A DNA stretch of 63,930 bases, filler included, from Actinomycetota bacterium (GTDB lineage Bacteria; Actinomycetota; CADDZG01; JAHWKV01; JAOPZY01), in assembly GCA_025963875.1 (NCBI GenBank). It is 7 parts of 7 records of this genome, joined end to end, with 100 filler letters (N's around TTAATTAATTAA, not from the genome) between each part and the next. Parts side by side here need not be neighbours in the genome. Positions count along the whole stretch, not along the records: positions 26,584 to 32,839 come from JAOPZY010000097.1; positions 32,940 to 44,938 come from JAOPZY010000125.1; 5 more parts are not named here. One strand, given 5' to 3'. Below, piece by piece: positions 27,744 through 36,372 of the stretch (position 1 is the first letter of the stretch; each line of letters begins with the position of its first letter). Made by a program: the position numbers and the translations under genes. Under the pieces are notes generated by a model. The model saw only the letters and a list, made by a program, of their open reading frames with translations. It was not told the origin of the DNA and made no database searches.

Positions 27744-29033
27744 ATGACTGCCACCTGGGCGCCGGTCGTGGGGTCCCCGCCGGACTCCGCTTCCGGCGCT
27801 CAGGGGTGGGCACCGAAACTCGCTGAGGGCGTCCAGCTGCTCGGCGAGTACCAAGGCTCCGGGACTATCCAGGCGCAGCACCTGGTTCGCCGGCGTGACG
27901 GTGGGATGGTGGCCGTCTCCCGCCTGCTGTACCTGGTGGTGAGCGAGATCGACGGGCAGCGAAGCATCGGTGAGATCGCGGCCCGGGTGACGCCGCATAT
28001 GGGCCGCACGGTCAGTGCCGGCAACGTCGCCTACCTGCTCGACCAGAAGCTCCGGCCCCTGGGCGTCATGGAGGGTGAGACCCGCTCGCCTCGAGCAGGG
28101 ACCCGTCCGGTCCTCGCCTTGAGCAGCCGCCGCGCGGTGGTTCCCGACCGCCTTGTCCGATCGATCTCCGGCAGGCTCTGCTTCTTGTTCATCCCGGCTG
28201 TGGTGGCGGTTGTCCTCGCCGCCTTTTCGGCAATGGACGCGCTGTTGCTGATCGGTCCGGGCTCCGCCTTCGGCATCAAGGACGTGTTCCGCCAGCCGTC
28301 GCTGCTGGTGCTGATCTGCCTGCTCACCGTTCTTGCGGCAGGTTTTCACGAGTTGGGCCACGCCACGGCAGGACGCTACGGGGGCGCAGAACCGGGCGTG
28401 ATCGGCGTCGGGATCTACCTCATCTGGCCAGCCTTCTTCAGCGACCTCACCGATTCTTACCGGTTGGGCAGGAGGGGGCGCCTACGGGCAGATCTGGGTG
28501 GCGTGTATTTCAACGTTGTCTTCATGCTGCTTGCGGGGGGTTTTTACGCCGTGACGGGCCTCCACTGGCTCGTCCTCCTTATCGTCTTGCAGCACGTTGC
28601 GGTCGCGCAGCAGTTCCTGCCCTTCCTCCGGCTCGACGGCTACTACCTGGTGAGCGACCTGGCGGGGGTCCCGGACCTCTTCGGCCGCATCGGACCGATC
28701 CTGTCCAGCCTGCTCCCAGGACATGAGCCACGCCGAACGGTCCTCGACCTCAAGCCCAAGGTGCGCGTTCTGGTGACAGCCTGGGTCTTGACCACGGTCA
28801 CCCTGCTGACCGCGAGCCTCGGCCTGCTCCTTGTCTACCTGCCCCGGATGCTGGCGATCACCGCGGCATTCGCCCAGACCCAGGCCGGCCTGCTGTCGAG
28901 CCTCACTCGCGGCAAGGCCGTCGGAGCTGGGTTGCTCGGCGGCGTGCGGCTCGCAGCGTTAGGAATCCCGCTCACCGGTCTCACGACGATGGTCACGCGG
29001 ATGATCCGTCACCGTCGTGTCGGTAGGTCTTGA
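27744..29033 (+). CDS. M50-family (site-2-protease-like) zinc metalloprotease with N-terminal PqqD/RRE-like domain
   Basis: HELGH in a TM helix, FLPFLRLDGYY third-ligand motif; N-terminal LVRRRDG..LLYLVVSEIDGQRSIGEIA winged-helix pattern. Confidence 0.9.
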   Translation: MTATWAPVVGSPPDSASGAQGWAPKLAEGVQLLGEYQGSGTIQAQHLVRRRDGGMVAVSRLLYLVVSEIDGQRSIGEIAARVTPHMGRTVSAGNVAYLLDQKLRPLGVMEGETRSPRAGTRPVLALSSRRAVVPDRLVRSISGRLCFLFIPAVVAVVLAAFSAMDALLLIGPGSAFGIKDVFRQPSLLVLICLLTVLAAGFHELGHATAGRYGGAEPGVIGVGIYLIWPAFFSDLTDSYRLGRRGRLRADLGGVYFNVVFMLLAGGFYAVTGLHWLVLLIVLQHVAVAQQFLPFLRLDGYYLVSDLAGVPDLFGRIGPILSSLLPGHEPRRTVLDLKPKVRVLVTAWVLTTVTLLTASLGLLLVYLPRMLAITAAFAQTQAGLLSSLTRGKAVGAGLLGGVRLAALGIPLTGLTTMVTRMIRHRRVGRS

Positions 29034-29059
29034 CATGTGACTATCTAGTCACCTATAGT
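29030..29059 (+). promoter_or_regulatory. Sigma-70-type promoter with palindromic operator in the spacer
   Basis: TTGACA-N18-TATAGT enclosing GTGACTA-tc-TAGTCAC (29037-29052). Confidence 0.75.
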
Positions 29060-29105
29060 CTGGGTTCCAATCCGGCTTGACCGGGCTCCATAACGGGAGG
29101 GACCC

Positions 29106-29579
29106 ATGGACAAGATATTCGAGATCTACATCAAGACCAGCCCTGAGCGCCTTTGGGAGGCGATCACCGACGGTGACATCAGGAGCAAGTACACCTTCGG
29201 CAATCAGGTCATCTCTGACTGGACCCCCGGATCGCGTTTGGAGATGCGCTCCTCCGACGGCAATTTTGCCCTCGGCGAGGGCGAGAACCTCGAGGTAGAC
29301 CCGCCCCGGCGGCTGGTCCAGAGCATGGTGGCCCTTTGGAGCGAGGACGTGAAGAGGGAGGGAAGCTCGAGGATCACCTGGGAGATCGAACCGGTCGGGG
29401 ACTCGTGCCGTCTGACGGTCACGCACGACGAGCTTCGCGAGGGAGCGAACGACCAGCTGTACGGCGGCTGGCCGATGATCCTCTCGGGCCTGAAGACATA
29501 TCTGGAGACAGGCGAGTTGTTGACCACCCCGGGATCGCTGATGTACGCAAACCCGGGCACGTCGAATGGGAAGCGGTGA
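29106..29579 (+). CDS. SRPBCC/AHSA1-like domain protein
   Basis: IYIKTSPERLWEAITD, LEVDPPRRLV, CRLTVTH, GGWPMILSGLKTYLETG; SD GGGAGG. Confidence 0.93.
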   Translation: MDKIFEIYIKTSPERLWEAITDGDIRSKYTFGNQVISDWTPGSRLEMRSSDGNFALGEGENLEVDPPRRLVQSMVALWSEDVKREGSSRITWEIEPVGDSCRLTVTHDELREGANDQLYGGWPMILSGLKTYLETGELLTTPGSLMYANPGTSNGKR

Positions 29580-29709
29580 GGCTGGTCGCCGCCTTGGGTA
29601 GAACCTGACGAGTGCCGAACGGTCATGCATCTTGACAAAGTTCGCAACCTCAACCCATAGTCAGCAACAACGCGCCAGTTCCCGAAACGACCGGAGAGAG
29701 GAGTCGACT

Positions 29710-30429
29710 GTGGCAGCCAACGAGCAGGCAGCCAAGGACCAGCCCGTCGCCGAGGCAGGGAAAGACCAGGCCGCTCGGGCTGCCAGGGACCAGGCAGCAA
29801 AGGACCAGGCAGCTAGCGCAGCTAAGGATCAGGCAGCTCGGGCCGCCAAGGAGCAGGCAGCCAAGGAGCAGGCAGCCAAGGAGGCCGCCGCTCGGGCCGC
29901 TAAGGAGCAAGCTGCCAAAGAGCAGGCCGCCAAGGAACGAGCTGCCAAGGAGGCAGCCGCCCAGGCCGCCAAGGAACGAGCTGCCAAGGAACAGGCCGCC
30001 CAGGCCGCCAAGGAACGAGCCGCCAAGGAACAGGCCGCCAAGGAGGCAGCCGCCCAGGCCGCCAAGGAACGAGCCGCCAAGGAGGCAGCCGCCCAGGCCG
30101 CCAAGGAACGAGCCGCCAAGGAGGCAGCCGCCCAGGCCGCCAAGGAGCAGACCCCCCGCGAGCAGGTCCTGCAGGATCAGATTCTCAGCGCAGTCAAGAC
30201 CGGCCAGGAGGCCACCCTGCACTTGGCAAAGACCTGGGTCGACACGTTCGCGTCGGTGACTCCGAAGCTCTTCGACACGGTCACGATGCCGAACCTGGAC
30301 GACTACTACGGCTTTGCCGAGAGGATGTGGAGCAGGAACTGCGACTTCGTAGTCAGCCTGCTAAAGATTGCCACGGATTTCGGTAGGAACATGCCCGGGC
30401 CAGGCAAAGCAACCACCCCCCGCCGTTGA
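29710..30429 (+). CDS. Ala/Lys/Glu-rich repeat protein with helical C-terminal domain
   Basis: SD GAGGAG + GTG; ~140 aa of [18 protein letters not shown] repeats then [26 protein letters not shown]. Confidence 0.85.
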   Translation: MAANEQAAKDQPVAEAGKDQAARAARDQAAKDQAASAAKDQAARAAKEQAAKEQAAKEAAARAAKEQAAKEQAAKERAAKEAAAQAAKERAAKEQAAQAAKERAAKEQAAKEAAAQAAKERAAKEAAAQAAKERAAKEAAAQAAKEQTPREQVLQDQILSAVKTGQEATLHLAKTWVDTFASVTPKLFDTVTMPNLDDYYGFAERMWSRNCDFVVSLLKIATDFGRNMPGPGKATTPRR

Positions 30430-30513
30430 GGCGAATGCCTGCGACAGTGCGGCAGCGGGCACCCGACGTTCCCACTCACGCTGCCAATCCCGACGGGACC
30501 GAATCGTTGTTGG

Positions 30514-30564
30514 AACTCTCTGAGCATAAAGTGGTGCTGTACACCGTTTTATACTCAAAGAGTT
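30514..30564. repeat. Palindromic element (related to 22776..22831)
   Basis: AACTCTCTGAGCATAAA ... TTTATACTCAAAGAGTT, 15/17 complementary; shares the CTCAAAGAGTT arm. Confidence 0.7.
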
Positions 30565-30678
30565 GCCGCGTGCCGCAACTCTAACGTTCCTAGCCGAACG
30601 AACGTTGCAAATCGTCCCCGTTATGCTGTAGCGGGCCCCTCGGCCTCGCTTCCGTGCGCCCGGCTCCGTGAAGCCGGG

Positions 30679-31644
30679 TCATGACCCCCGGATGGCGGGC
30701 AGCAGTTCCCTTGCCGCCCAGGTGATGAAGGACTCCTGGGTGTCGCCGCCGACCTGCACCAACGCGACGTGTGTGAACCCGGCCGCCTCGAACTGGCGGA
30801 TCCCGGCGACGTGCCGCTCGAGATCCGGACCGCAAGGAATTTGTGCCGACACATCCTCCGGGCGCACCATCTTGGACGCCGCGTCGAACGACGCCGGAAC
30901 CGGCAGTTCGGCGTTGACTCTCCAGCCGCCCGTGAACCAGCGGAACTGATCCATCGCCCGCTTCACAGCGACGCTCTGGTCGGGATCGTAGGACAACGCG
31001 ATCTGGCCGATGCGCGGCTTGCCTGAGCCTCCGGCTTTGTCGAACATCTCGCCCAGCTCGGCACGGGGCTCGACTGCGATCATGGCCTCGGCGTGCTGTC
31101 CCGCCAGGCGGCAGCTTGCCGGGCCCGACACGGCAATGCCAATCGGCGGGGCGGTCTCCGGCAGGTCCCAGACCTTGGCGGACTCGACGTCGAAGTGCTT
31201 GCCCCGGTACGTCACCGTGTCGCCCGCCCACAGGGCCCGGATGATCTCGACGGCCTCCTCGAGCATCTCGTGGCGCAATCCGGCAAGGGGCCACCTTCCC
31301 CCGACGATGTGCTCGTTGAGGTTCTCGCCCGCGCCGAGCCCCAGGGTGAACCGCCCGTCCGACAGCAGCTGCATGGTCGCCGCCTTCTGCGCGACGACGG
31401 CGGGGTGGTAGCGGCGGATCGGGCAGGTGACGTACGTCATCAGCGGAATCTGTTCGGTCGCCTCGGCAGCCGCGCCGAGCACGCTCCACGCATACGGAGA
31501 ATGGCCTTGGGCGTCCAGCCACGGGAAGTAGTGGTCGCTGATGACCGCGAAGTCGAAGCCGGCCTCCTCGGCGAGGGCGACGTCTCGCACCAGCTGCTTG
31601 GGACCTGCTTGCTCGCACATCATGGTGTAGCCGATCAGGGTCAT
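30679..31644 (-). CDS. F420-dependent LLM oxidoreductase (G6PDH-like, TIGR03557 type)
   Basis: ISDHYFPW, GHSPYAWSVLG, GLGAGENLNEH. Confidence 0.93.
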   Translation of the reverse strand: MTLIGYTMMCEQAGPKQLVRDVALAEEAGFDFAVISDHYFPWLDAQGHSPYAWSVLGAAAEATEQIPLMTYVTCPIRRYHPAVVAQKAATMQLLSDGRFTLGLGAGENLNEHIVGGRWPLAGLRHEMLEEAVEIIRALWAGDTVTYRGKHFDVESAKVWDLPETAPPIGIAVSGPASCRLAGQHAEAMIAVEPRAELGEMFDKAGGSGKPRIGQIALSYDPDQSVAVKRAMDQFRWFTGGWRVNAELPVPASFDAASKMVRPEDVSAQIPCGPDLERHVAGIRQFEAAGFTHVALVQVGGDTQESFITWAARELLPAIRGS

Positions 31645-32525
31645 GGCGTTGCCTCCTCCTGCTCCAGGGCTCGGGTCACGACGGTGAGGTCCTGGTCACC
31701 GAGCCCGCGATCGACCACCTGCTGCCATTCGTCAGCCAGGCAGGCGAGGACGGCCAGCCGGTTGTCGGCTGCCTGGAGGGCGAGGTGGACGTCCTTGAGG
31801 GCGAGCGAGAGCGCGAATTGGGCCGAGAAGTCACCTTTGGCGATCCGTTGCAACTTGGCTGACTGCCAGGGCGACATCAGCGGGCCGCCGCCGAGGGCGT
31901 CCACCACCGTCTCGGCCTCGAGCCCCAGGCGGCGAGCAAGCGCCACCGACGCGGCAACCCCCTCCGCGGCGAACGCGAGCCAGGTGTTGTTCACGATCTT
32001 CACCCGTGATCCAGCCCCGACGGGGCCGACCCAGATCGTGCGCTGGCCGAGCGCGTCGAACAGAGGGGCGACACGCGAGCGAACTTCATCCGGCCCCGAC
32101 GCAAAGATCGTCAGCTGGCCCTTTTCCGCTGGCTCCTTGCTACCGGAGACGGGCGCGTCCACGAGCGTCACGTCAGGACGCTGGTCATCCACCATGGCCG
32201 CTACTCGCTCGATCCCTGCCACGCCGATCGTACTCATCTGCACCCAGATGCCGCCCGGTGAGACAGCCGCGAGCATGCCCTGGTCGCTGGCGATCGAAAC
32301 GACGGCATCGGTGTCGGTCACCATCGTGACGACGATCGCGGCTCGTCGGGCGGCGTCGGCGGCGCTCTCGGCGACCTCGGCCCCAAGCCGGGCGAGATCC
32401 CGTGTCGCGTCTGGCTCGCGGTTCCAGACGATGGTCGGGATGCCGGCTCGCAAGGCGCTGATGGCCATCCCGTGGCCCATCGTGCCGATGCCGAGCACCG
32501 CCACCGGCTCGTGCTTGGATGCCAT
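31641..32525 (-). CDS. NAD(P)-dependent beta-hydroxyacid dehydrogenase family
   Basis: GIGTMG, WNR, DAPVSGS, KIVNN, LKDV. Confidence 0.93.
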   Translation of the reverse strand: MASKHEPVAVLGIGTMGHGMAISALRAGIPTIVWNREPDATRDLARLGAEVAESAADAARRAAIVVTMVTDTDAVVSIASDQGMLAAVSPGGIWVQMSTIGVAGIERVAAMVDDQRPDVTLVDAPVSGSKEPAEKGQLTIFASGPDEVRSRVAPLFDALGQRTIWVGPVGAGSRVKIVNNTWLAFAAEGVAASVALARRLGLEAETVVDALGGGPLMSPWQSAKLQRIAKGDFSAQFALSLALKDVHLALQAADNRLAVLACLADEWQQVVDRGLGDQDLTVVTRALEQEEATP

Positions 32526-32656
32526 GGTTCTCCCCTTTGGCCCGTCGTTCCTCCGCGGCGGGCCGCTACCGGCATCGTATAGTTCGCCGCGTTGTTTGCG
32601 CGCGCCCGTGTCGGGTGATGGCGTGCCGGGTACGACCTGGTCTAGACGGAGGGGGT

Positions 32657-32839
32657 ATGGCCGACAGCGTTGCCGCCACGAGCCGGATCAGCCTGGCCGT
32701 CAACGGGCATCCGCACGAACTCGAGCTCGACAACCGGACCACCCTGCTCGACGCCCTTCGGGAGCATCTCGACCTGACCGGGTCGAAGAAGGGTTGCGAC
32801 CACGGGCAGTGCGGGGCATGTACGGTGCTGCTCGATGGG
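32657..32839 (+). CDS. 2Fe-2S subunit of xanthine dehydrogenase family (YagT/PaoA-like), truncated
   Basis: TLLDALREHLDLTGSKKGCDHGQCGACTVL. Confidence 0.93.
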
Positions 32840-32939
32840 NNNNNNNNNNNNNNNNNNNNNNNNNNNNNNNNNNNNNNNNNNNNTTAATTAATTAANNNNN
32901 NNNNNNNNNNNNNNNNNNNNNNNNNNNNNNNNNNNNNNN
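32840..32939. other. Artificial contig linker
   Basis: N-TTAATTAATTAA-N. Confidence 0.99.
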
Positions 32940-33096
32940 GCGTGGCCACGACATCGTCGATCGAGGCGGGGATGACGACGCCGATGGGGGGCTGGCGGAA
33001 GTTCGAGGCGTCGGTGGCGTAGGCGGCCCGGGTGGCGGCATCGAAGCGCACCTCGCCGGCGACCGCATCCCTCAGGTCGGCTTCGAGATCGCGCAC
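32940..33096 (-). CDS. FAD-binding oxidoreductase N-terminus (truncated)
   Basis: GEVRFD..RAAYATDASNFRQPPIGVVIP. Confidence 0.88.
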
Positions 33097-33114
33097 CAGG
33101 CGACCCTACCGCCG

Positions 33115-33204
33115 CTAGCCCGGCGCTTCCCTCTCCGCCTCGTACTCCTCGGCGGCGCGGTCGCTGCTGTCGACAGCCTGGGTTCCGACGGTCTCGTCAC
33201 TCAC
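33115..33204 (-). CDS. Acidic micro-ORF (29 aa)
   Basis: MSDETVGTQAVDSSDRAAEEYEAEREAPG; C-terminus paralogous to 33592..33756. Confidence 0.5.
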   Translation of the reverse strand: MSDETVGTQAVDSSDRAAEEYEAEREAPG

Positions 33205-33241
33205 TGTTGCAACCGTCGGCAGCAATCGTGCTAGGCCAGAT

Positions 33242-33290
33242 CTTCTTTGTATGATTAACCATCATTAGCATGTATATTCATACAAAGAAG
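33242..33290. repeat. 49-bp AT-rich palindromic element
   Basis: CTTCTTTGTATGA ... TCATACAAAGAAG perfect 13-bp arms. Confidence 0.8.
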
Positions 33291-33334
33291 GGCTCCTCGC
33301 TGTTTTCTGTCCCGTTTCCCGCCTGCCAGGAAAT

Positions 33335-33384
33335 ATTCTTTGATCGTCTGACCGCGCTCGACGCGGTAGGGCAAGCAAAGAATT
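33335..33384. repeat. Palindromic element, diverged copy of 4049..4107
   Basis: ATTCTTTGatcgtctgACCGCGctcgaCGCGGTAGGgCAAGCAAAGAATT. Confidence 0.8.
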
Positions 33385-33591
33385 TCGGGCTGCTGTTCCC
33401 TGGTCCCTGGATCGCCACCCAACGTGGTGGCTGTGCTGCGAATGGAAGCGCCACGCCTCGGAACGGGCTTCGCTCGGTCCATGAAGCGACCCAGCGGCAC
33501 CAACACGAAATAGCGAGGAGCCCAAAGAAGGTTGCCGTGATGCCGATCACTCGCCAATGCTGACCGGGGACTCGCACACACCGGACGTTCC

Positions 33592-33756
33592 CTAACCCGG
33601 TGCGTCCTTCTCCGCCTCGTACTCCTCGTGGACGCGGTCGGTGCGGCGCTCAGCTTCTTCCTCACGCTCTTCCTCGACGTCCGCCTCCTCGGCCTCGGCC
33701 TCGAAGAGGCCGCGGTGGTCGTCTGGCTGATCGGGTTCGGCGTCAGGCATGGTCAT
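33592..33756 (-). CDS. Highly acidic small protein (54 aa)
   Basis: MTMPDAEPDQPDDHRGLFEAEAEEADVEEEREEEAERRTDRVHEEYEAEKDAPG, 32 nt after the flavodoxin stop. Confidence 0.65.
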   Translation of the reverse strand: MTMPDAEPDQPDDHRGLFEAEAEEADVEEEREEEAERRTDRVHEEYEAEKDAPG

Positions 33757-33788
33757 GGCCTACCCGGAGGCTGTCCGGACGAAACGCG

Positions 33789-34442
33789 TCAGCCTCCGTG
33801 CGGCTGGTGCTCCTCCTCCTCGGCGAAGGTGTTGCCCTCCGCCGGGATCGGGTTCGCCTTCAGCATGCGGGCCATGTGCACGACGTTGTGCGCCATCCAG
33901 CGCGTCGTCCGTTTCGTGTAGAGGCTGTCCTGGCCGACGTCGAGGTAGCTCGGCCCGGGCCCCGCGTCACCGACCCAGTAGGTGTCGGCGTTGGGCGGCA
34001 CCGTGCAGCCGAGGTGGGTCATGTTGAACAGCGTCGTTTCGGCGGCCGAGTGGGCGCCGTCCTCGTTGCCGGTCACGACCACGCCCGCCACCTTGTTGTA
34101 GAGCGGGTACTGGCCGGCGGCGTTGCGCTCCTGGTACGTGCCGTCCAGACGCTCGATCACCAGCTGGCACACGCTGGAGCGCACGCCGAACCAGATCGGC
34201 GTGCACATGACGATGATGTCCGCGGCCTTGATCTTGTCGAGGATGACCGGCCACTCGTCGCCCTCGCCCTCGTACGACGACGTGCCGGTGGGGACGCGGT
34301 AGTCGACGACGCGCACCATCTCACTCTCGACGTCCATCGTGTCGAACCACTCGATCACTTTCCGAGCCAACCCTTCGGTGTGGGAGATGGCGGGCGATGG
34401 CTTCAACGTGCAGTTCAGGAACAGCGCCTTCAGGGTACTCAC
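33789..34442 (-). CDS. Flavodoxin-fold (NADPH-dependent FMN reductase-like) protein
   Basis: LNCTLKPSPAISHT, TPIWFG, VTGNEDGAH, YWVGDAGPGPSY; SD GGAGG, GTGA overlap. Confidence 0.92.
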   Translation of the reverse strand: MSTLKALFLNCTLKPSPAISHTEGLARKVIEWFDTMDVESEMVRVVDYRVPTGTSSYEGEGDEWPVILDKIKAADIIVMCTPIWFGVRSSVCQLVIERLDGTYQERNAAGQYPLYNKVAGVVVTGNEDGAHSAAETTLFNMTHLGCTVPPNADTYWVGDAGPGPSYLDVGQDSLYTKRTTRWMAHNVVHMARMLKANPIPAEGNTFAEEEEHQPHGG

Positions 34443-35968
34443 AGGACCTCCTTGTTGAGACGGCGGGCCACCCACCACTGTGTGGGGTGGCCGACCAACG
34501 GCGTGTCGAGCGTGGGGGCGGCCGGGGGGCCGAGCCCGGCCGGTGGGGGGACCGGGCGGTACCACCGCTCCAGGTCGGTCGGAAAGCCCGCATAGTCCTG
34601 GTCGTTGTCGAACGCCAGGACCGAGAACCGTTCGGCTTGCACCGCCGCCGCAATGCTGGCCTGGACCGCAGCCCGCGGCGCTGCGTCGTGGCTTCGCACC
34701 ACGTCCGCGATCGCCCCGGCGTGGGCGTGATCGCCCTTGCCGGCCAGGGTGGCCTCCCACGGGTGCGACACCACGAGCACCTCGCCGGGCAGCCCCCGGA
34801 TCACCGCCTGCAGGCGCCGTGCCGTGGCGGTCTGGGATGGGGGCGGAAGCTGCCGGCCGGGGGGGTAGGCGAGGTACCAGAACTGGGCGAGGCAGAGGGC
34901 CCCGACGATGGCCTGCTGCCACGCGGGGCGCTCCGGGAGCCGGGTGAGCACCAGCCCGGTGATCAGGGCGACGGCGGCCAGCACGGGGATCAGCACGTTC
35001 TCCGAGCTGGCGCTGTGCAGGCGGGACACGTAGGAGGCCCCCACCATGCCCACGGCTGCGGCCAGCTCCACATGCCAACGCCCCTCGGGCCGCCACCAGA
35101 GCGCCAGGGCCACGAGGACGGCCGCCGGCAGAAGGTGGGGGGCGAGGTCGTACGACCAGAAGCCGGTCCACCAGGTCGGATCGATGCCGTGGCCCGCCAC
35201 GACTCCGACGACGGTGCGGCCGTACCAGCCGGACGACGTCACCTGGAGCACGAGGCTCACCACGGCAGGAGGAATCAGCGCTCCCGCAACGAAGGCAAGA
35301 CCGTGGTGGCGATCCCGCAGGAGGAGCACCGCCGCCACCGGCACGCCGGCGATGAGGGCCGACTGCTTGGTCAGCGCGGCGAGGGCGAGCAGCAGGCCCG
35401 CCACGGCGAAGCCCCGCGGTGTGCGGGCGCGGACGGCGGCGTAGAGGCTGGCGAGGAGGAGGGCGACGAGCAGTGCGTCGACCCGGGCCACATCGTAGAA
35501 GCCGCCGGTGACCCGGAACCCGGCTGCGAACAGGCCGGCGGCAACCAGGCCGCACCAGCGGGCATCTCCCTCTCGCCGGACGATGGCGTACAGCAGGCCC
35601 ATGCTGGCAAACGAGGCGACGATCGACACGATGCGCAGCGGCAGGTAGCCGACCCCGGTCACCAGCGCGACCCCCGAGGACAGCAAGAAGTACAGCGGGG
35701 GATAGGGGTAGGCGACGAAGTCGATGCCCGGGGCGGGGTACAGCTGCCGGCCCTGCAGGATCCGCCGGACGTGTTCGACGGCTCCCCCCTCCAGCCACTC
35801 GATCTGGTAGGAGTACACCGCCCGGCGCACCGCCAGGACCGCGAACACCGCCACGGCGCCGGCGGCGAACACCCCGAGGACGAACCCCAGCACCCGCAGC
35901 AGGACCGGCGTTTCGACGGGGCCCCGGATGGCTTGCGGCCGTCGCCGCACGTCGCCGGCGACGCTCAT
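34439..35968 (-). CDS. GT-C fold (ArnT/PMT-like) membrane glycosyltransferase
   Basis: EWLEG, YPYPPLYF, ARVD, LTKQ; many TM helices. Confidence 0.85.
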   Translation of the reverse strand: MSVAGDVRRRPQAIRGPVETPVLLRVLGFVLGVFAAGAVAVFAVLAVRRAVYSYQIEWLEGGAVEHVRRILQGRQLYPAPGIDFVAYPYPPLYFLLSSGVALVTGVGYLPLRIVSIVASFASMGLLYAIVRREGDARWCGLVAAGLFAAGFRVTGGFYDVARVDALLVALLLASLYAAVRARTPRGFAVAGLLLALAALTKQSALIAGVPVAAVLLLRDRHHGLAFVAGALIPPAVVSLVLQVTSSGWYGRTVVGVVAGHGIDPTWWTGFWSYDLAPHLLPAAVLVALALWWRPEGRWHVELAAAVGMVGASYVSRLHSASSENVLIPVLAAVALITGLVLTRLPERPAWQQAIVGALCLAQFWYLAYPPGRQLPPPSQTATARRLQAVIRGLPGEVLVVSHPWEATLAGKGDHAHAGAIADVVRSHDAAPRAAVQASIAAAVQAERFSVLAFDNDQDYAGFPTDLERWYRPVPPPAGLGPPAAPTLDTPLVGHPTQWWVARRLNKEVL

Positions 35969-36372
35969 CTGGGGCGGATCAGCAATGTCGACACCCAGAT
36001 CGCCGCTACGACGACGGCCAGGCCCACGCCGTAGTTGAGCGGCTGGACGGTTGGCTCCAGGGGGGACTTGCCCAACCTCAGCAACGGGATCAGCGCGAAC
36101 AGCACCAGGATGCCGGTGAGCGCCAGGCCCCACTGCACGCGGCCGAGATGTTTCGGCGAAACGACAAGTCGCAGGGCGAAGCTCACCAGGACCACCGCGG
36201 GTGCCAGAAGGAAGTCGTGGACGAGGTTGCCGCCGATGAACCACAGGGCGAAGTTGAATGGGGAGGTGACAGCGGCGTCGCGGAAGATTCCCCAGACGCC
36301 GACGGCCATCAACGGGTAGCCGGTAGCGAGGCCTAGCCAGAACCACCTGCGCCCTGGAGACCGAGCGTTCAC
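35965..36372 (-). CDS. Small 4-TM membrane protein
   Basis: WFIGGNLVHDFLLAP, PTVQPLNY; 4-nt overlaps on both sides. Confidence 0.85.
   Translation of the reverse strand: MNARSPGRRWFWLGLATGYPLMAVGVWGIFRDAAVTSPFNFALWFIGGNLVHDFLLAPAVVLVSFALRLVVSPKHLGRVQWGLALTGILVLFALIPLLRLGKSPLEPTVQPLNYGVGLAVVVAAIWVSTLLIRPR

Noticed and set aside
33255..33665. Track ORFs containing FFACPTASSAVR (also 4048..4278)
   Set aside because: Translations of a DNA palindrome; poor codon bias.
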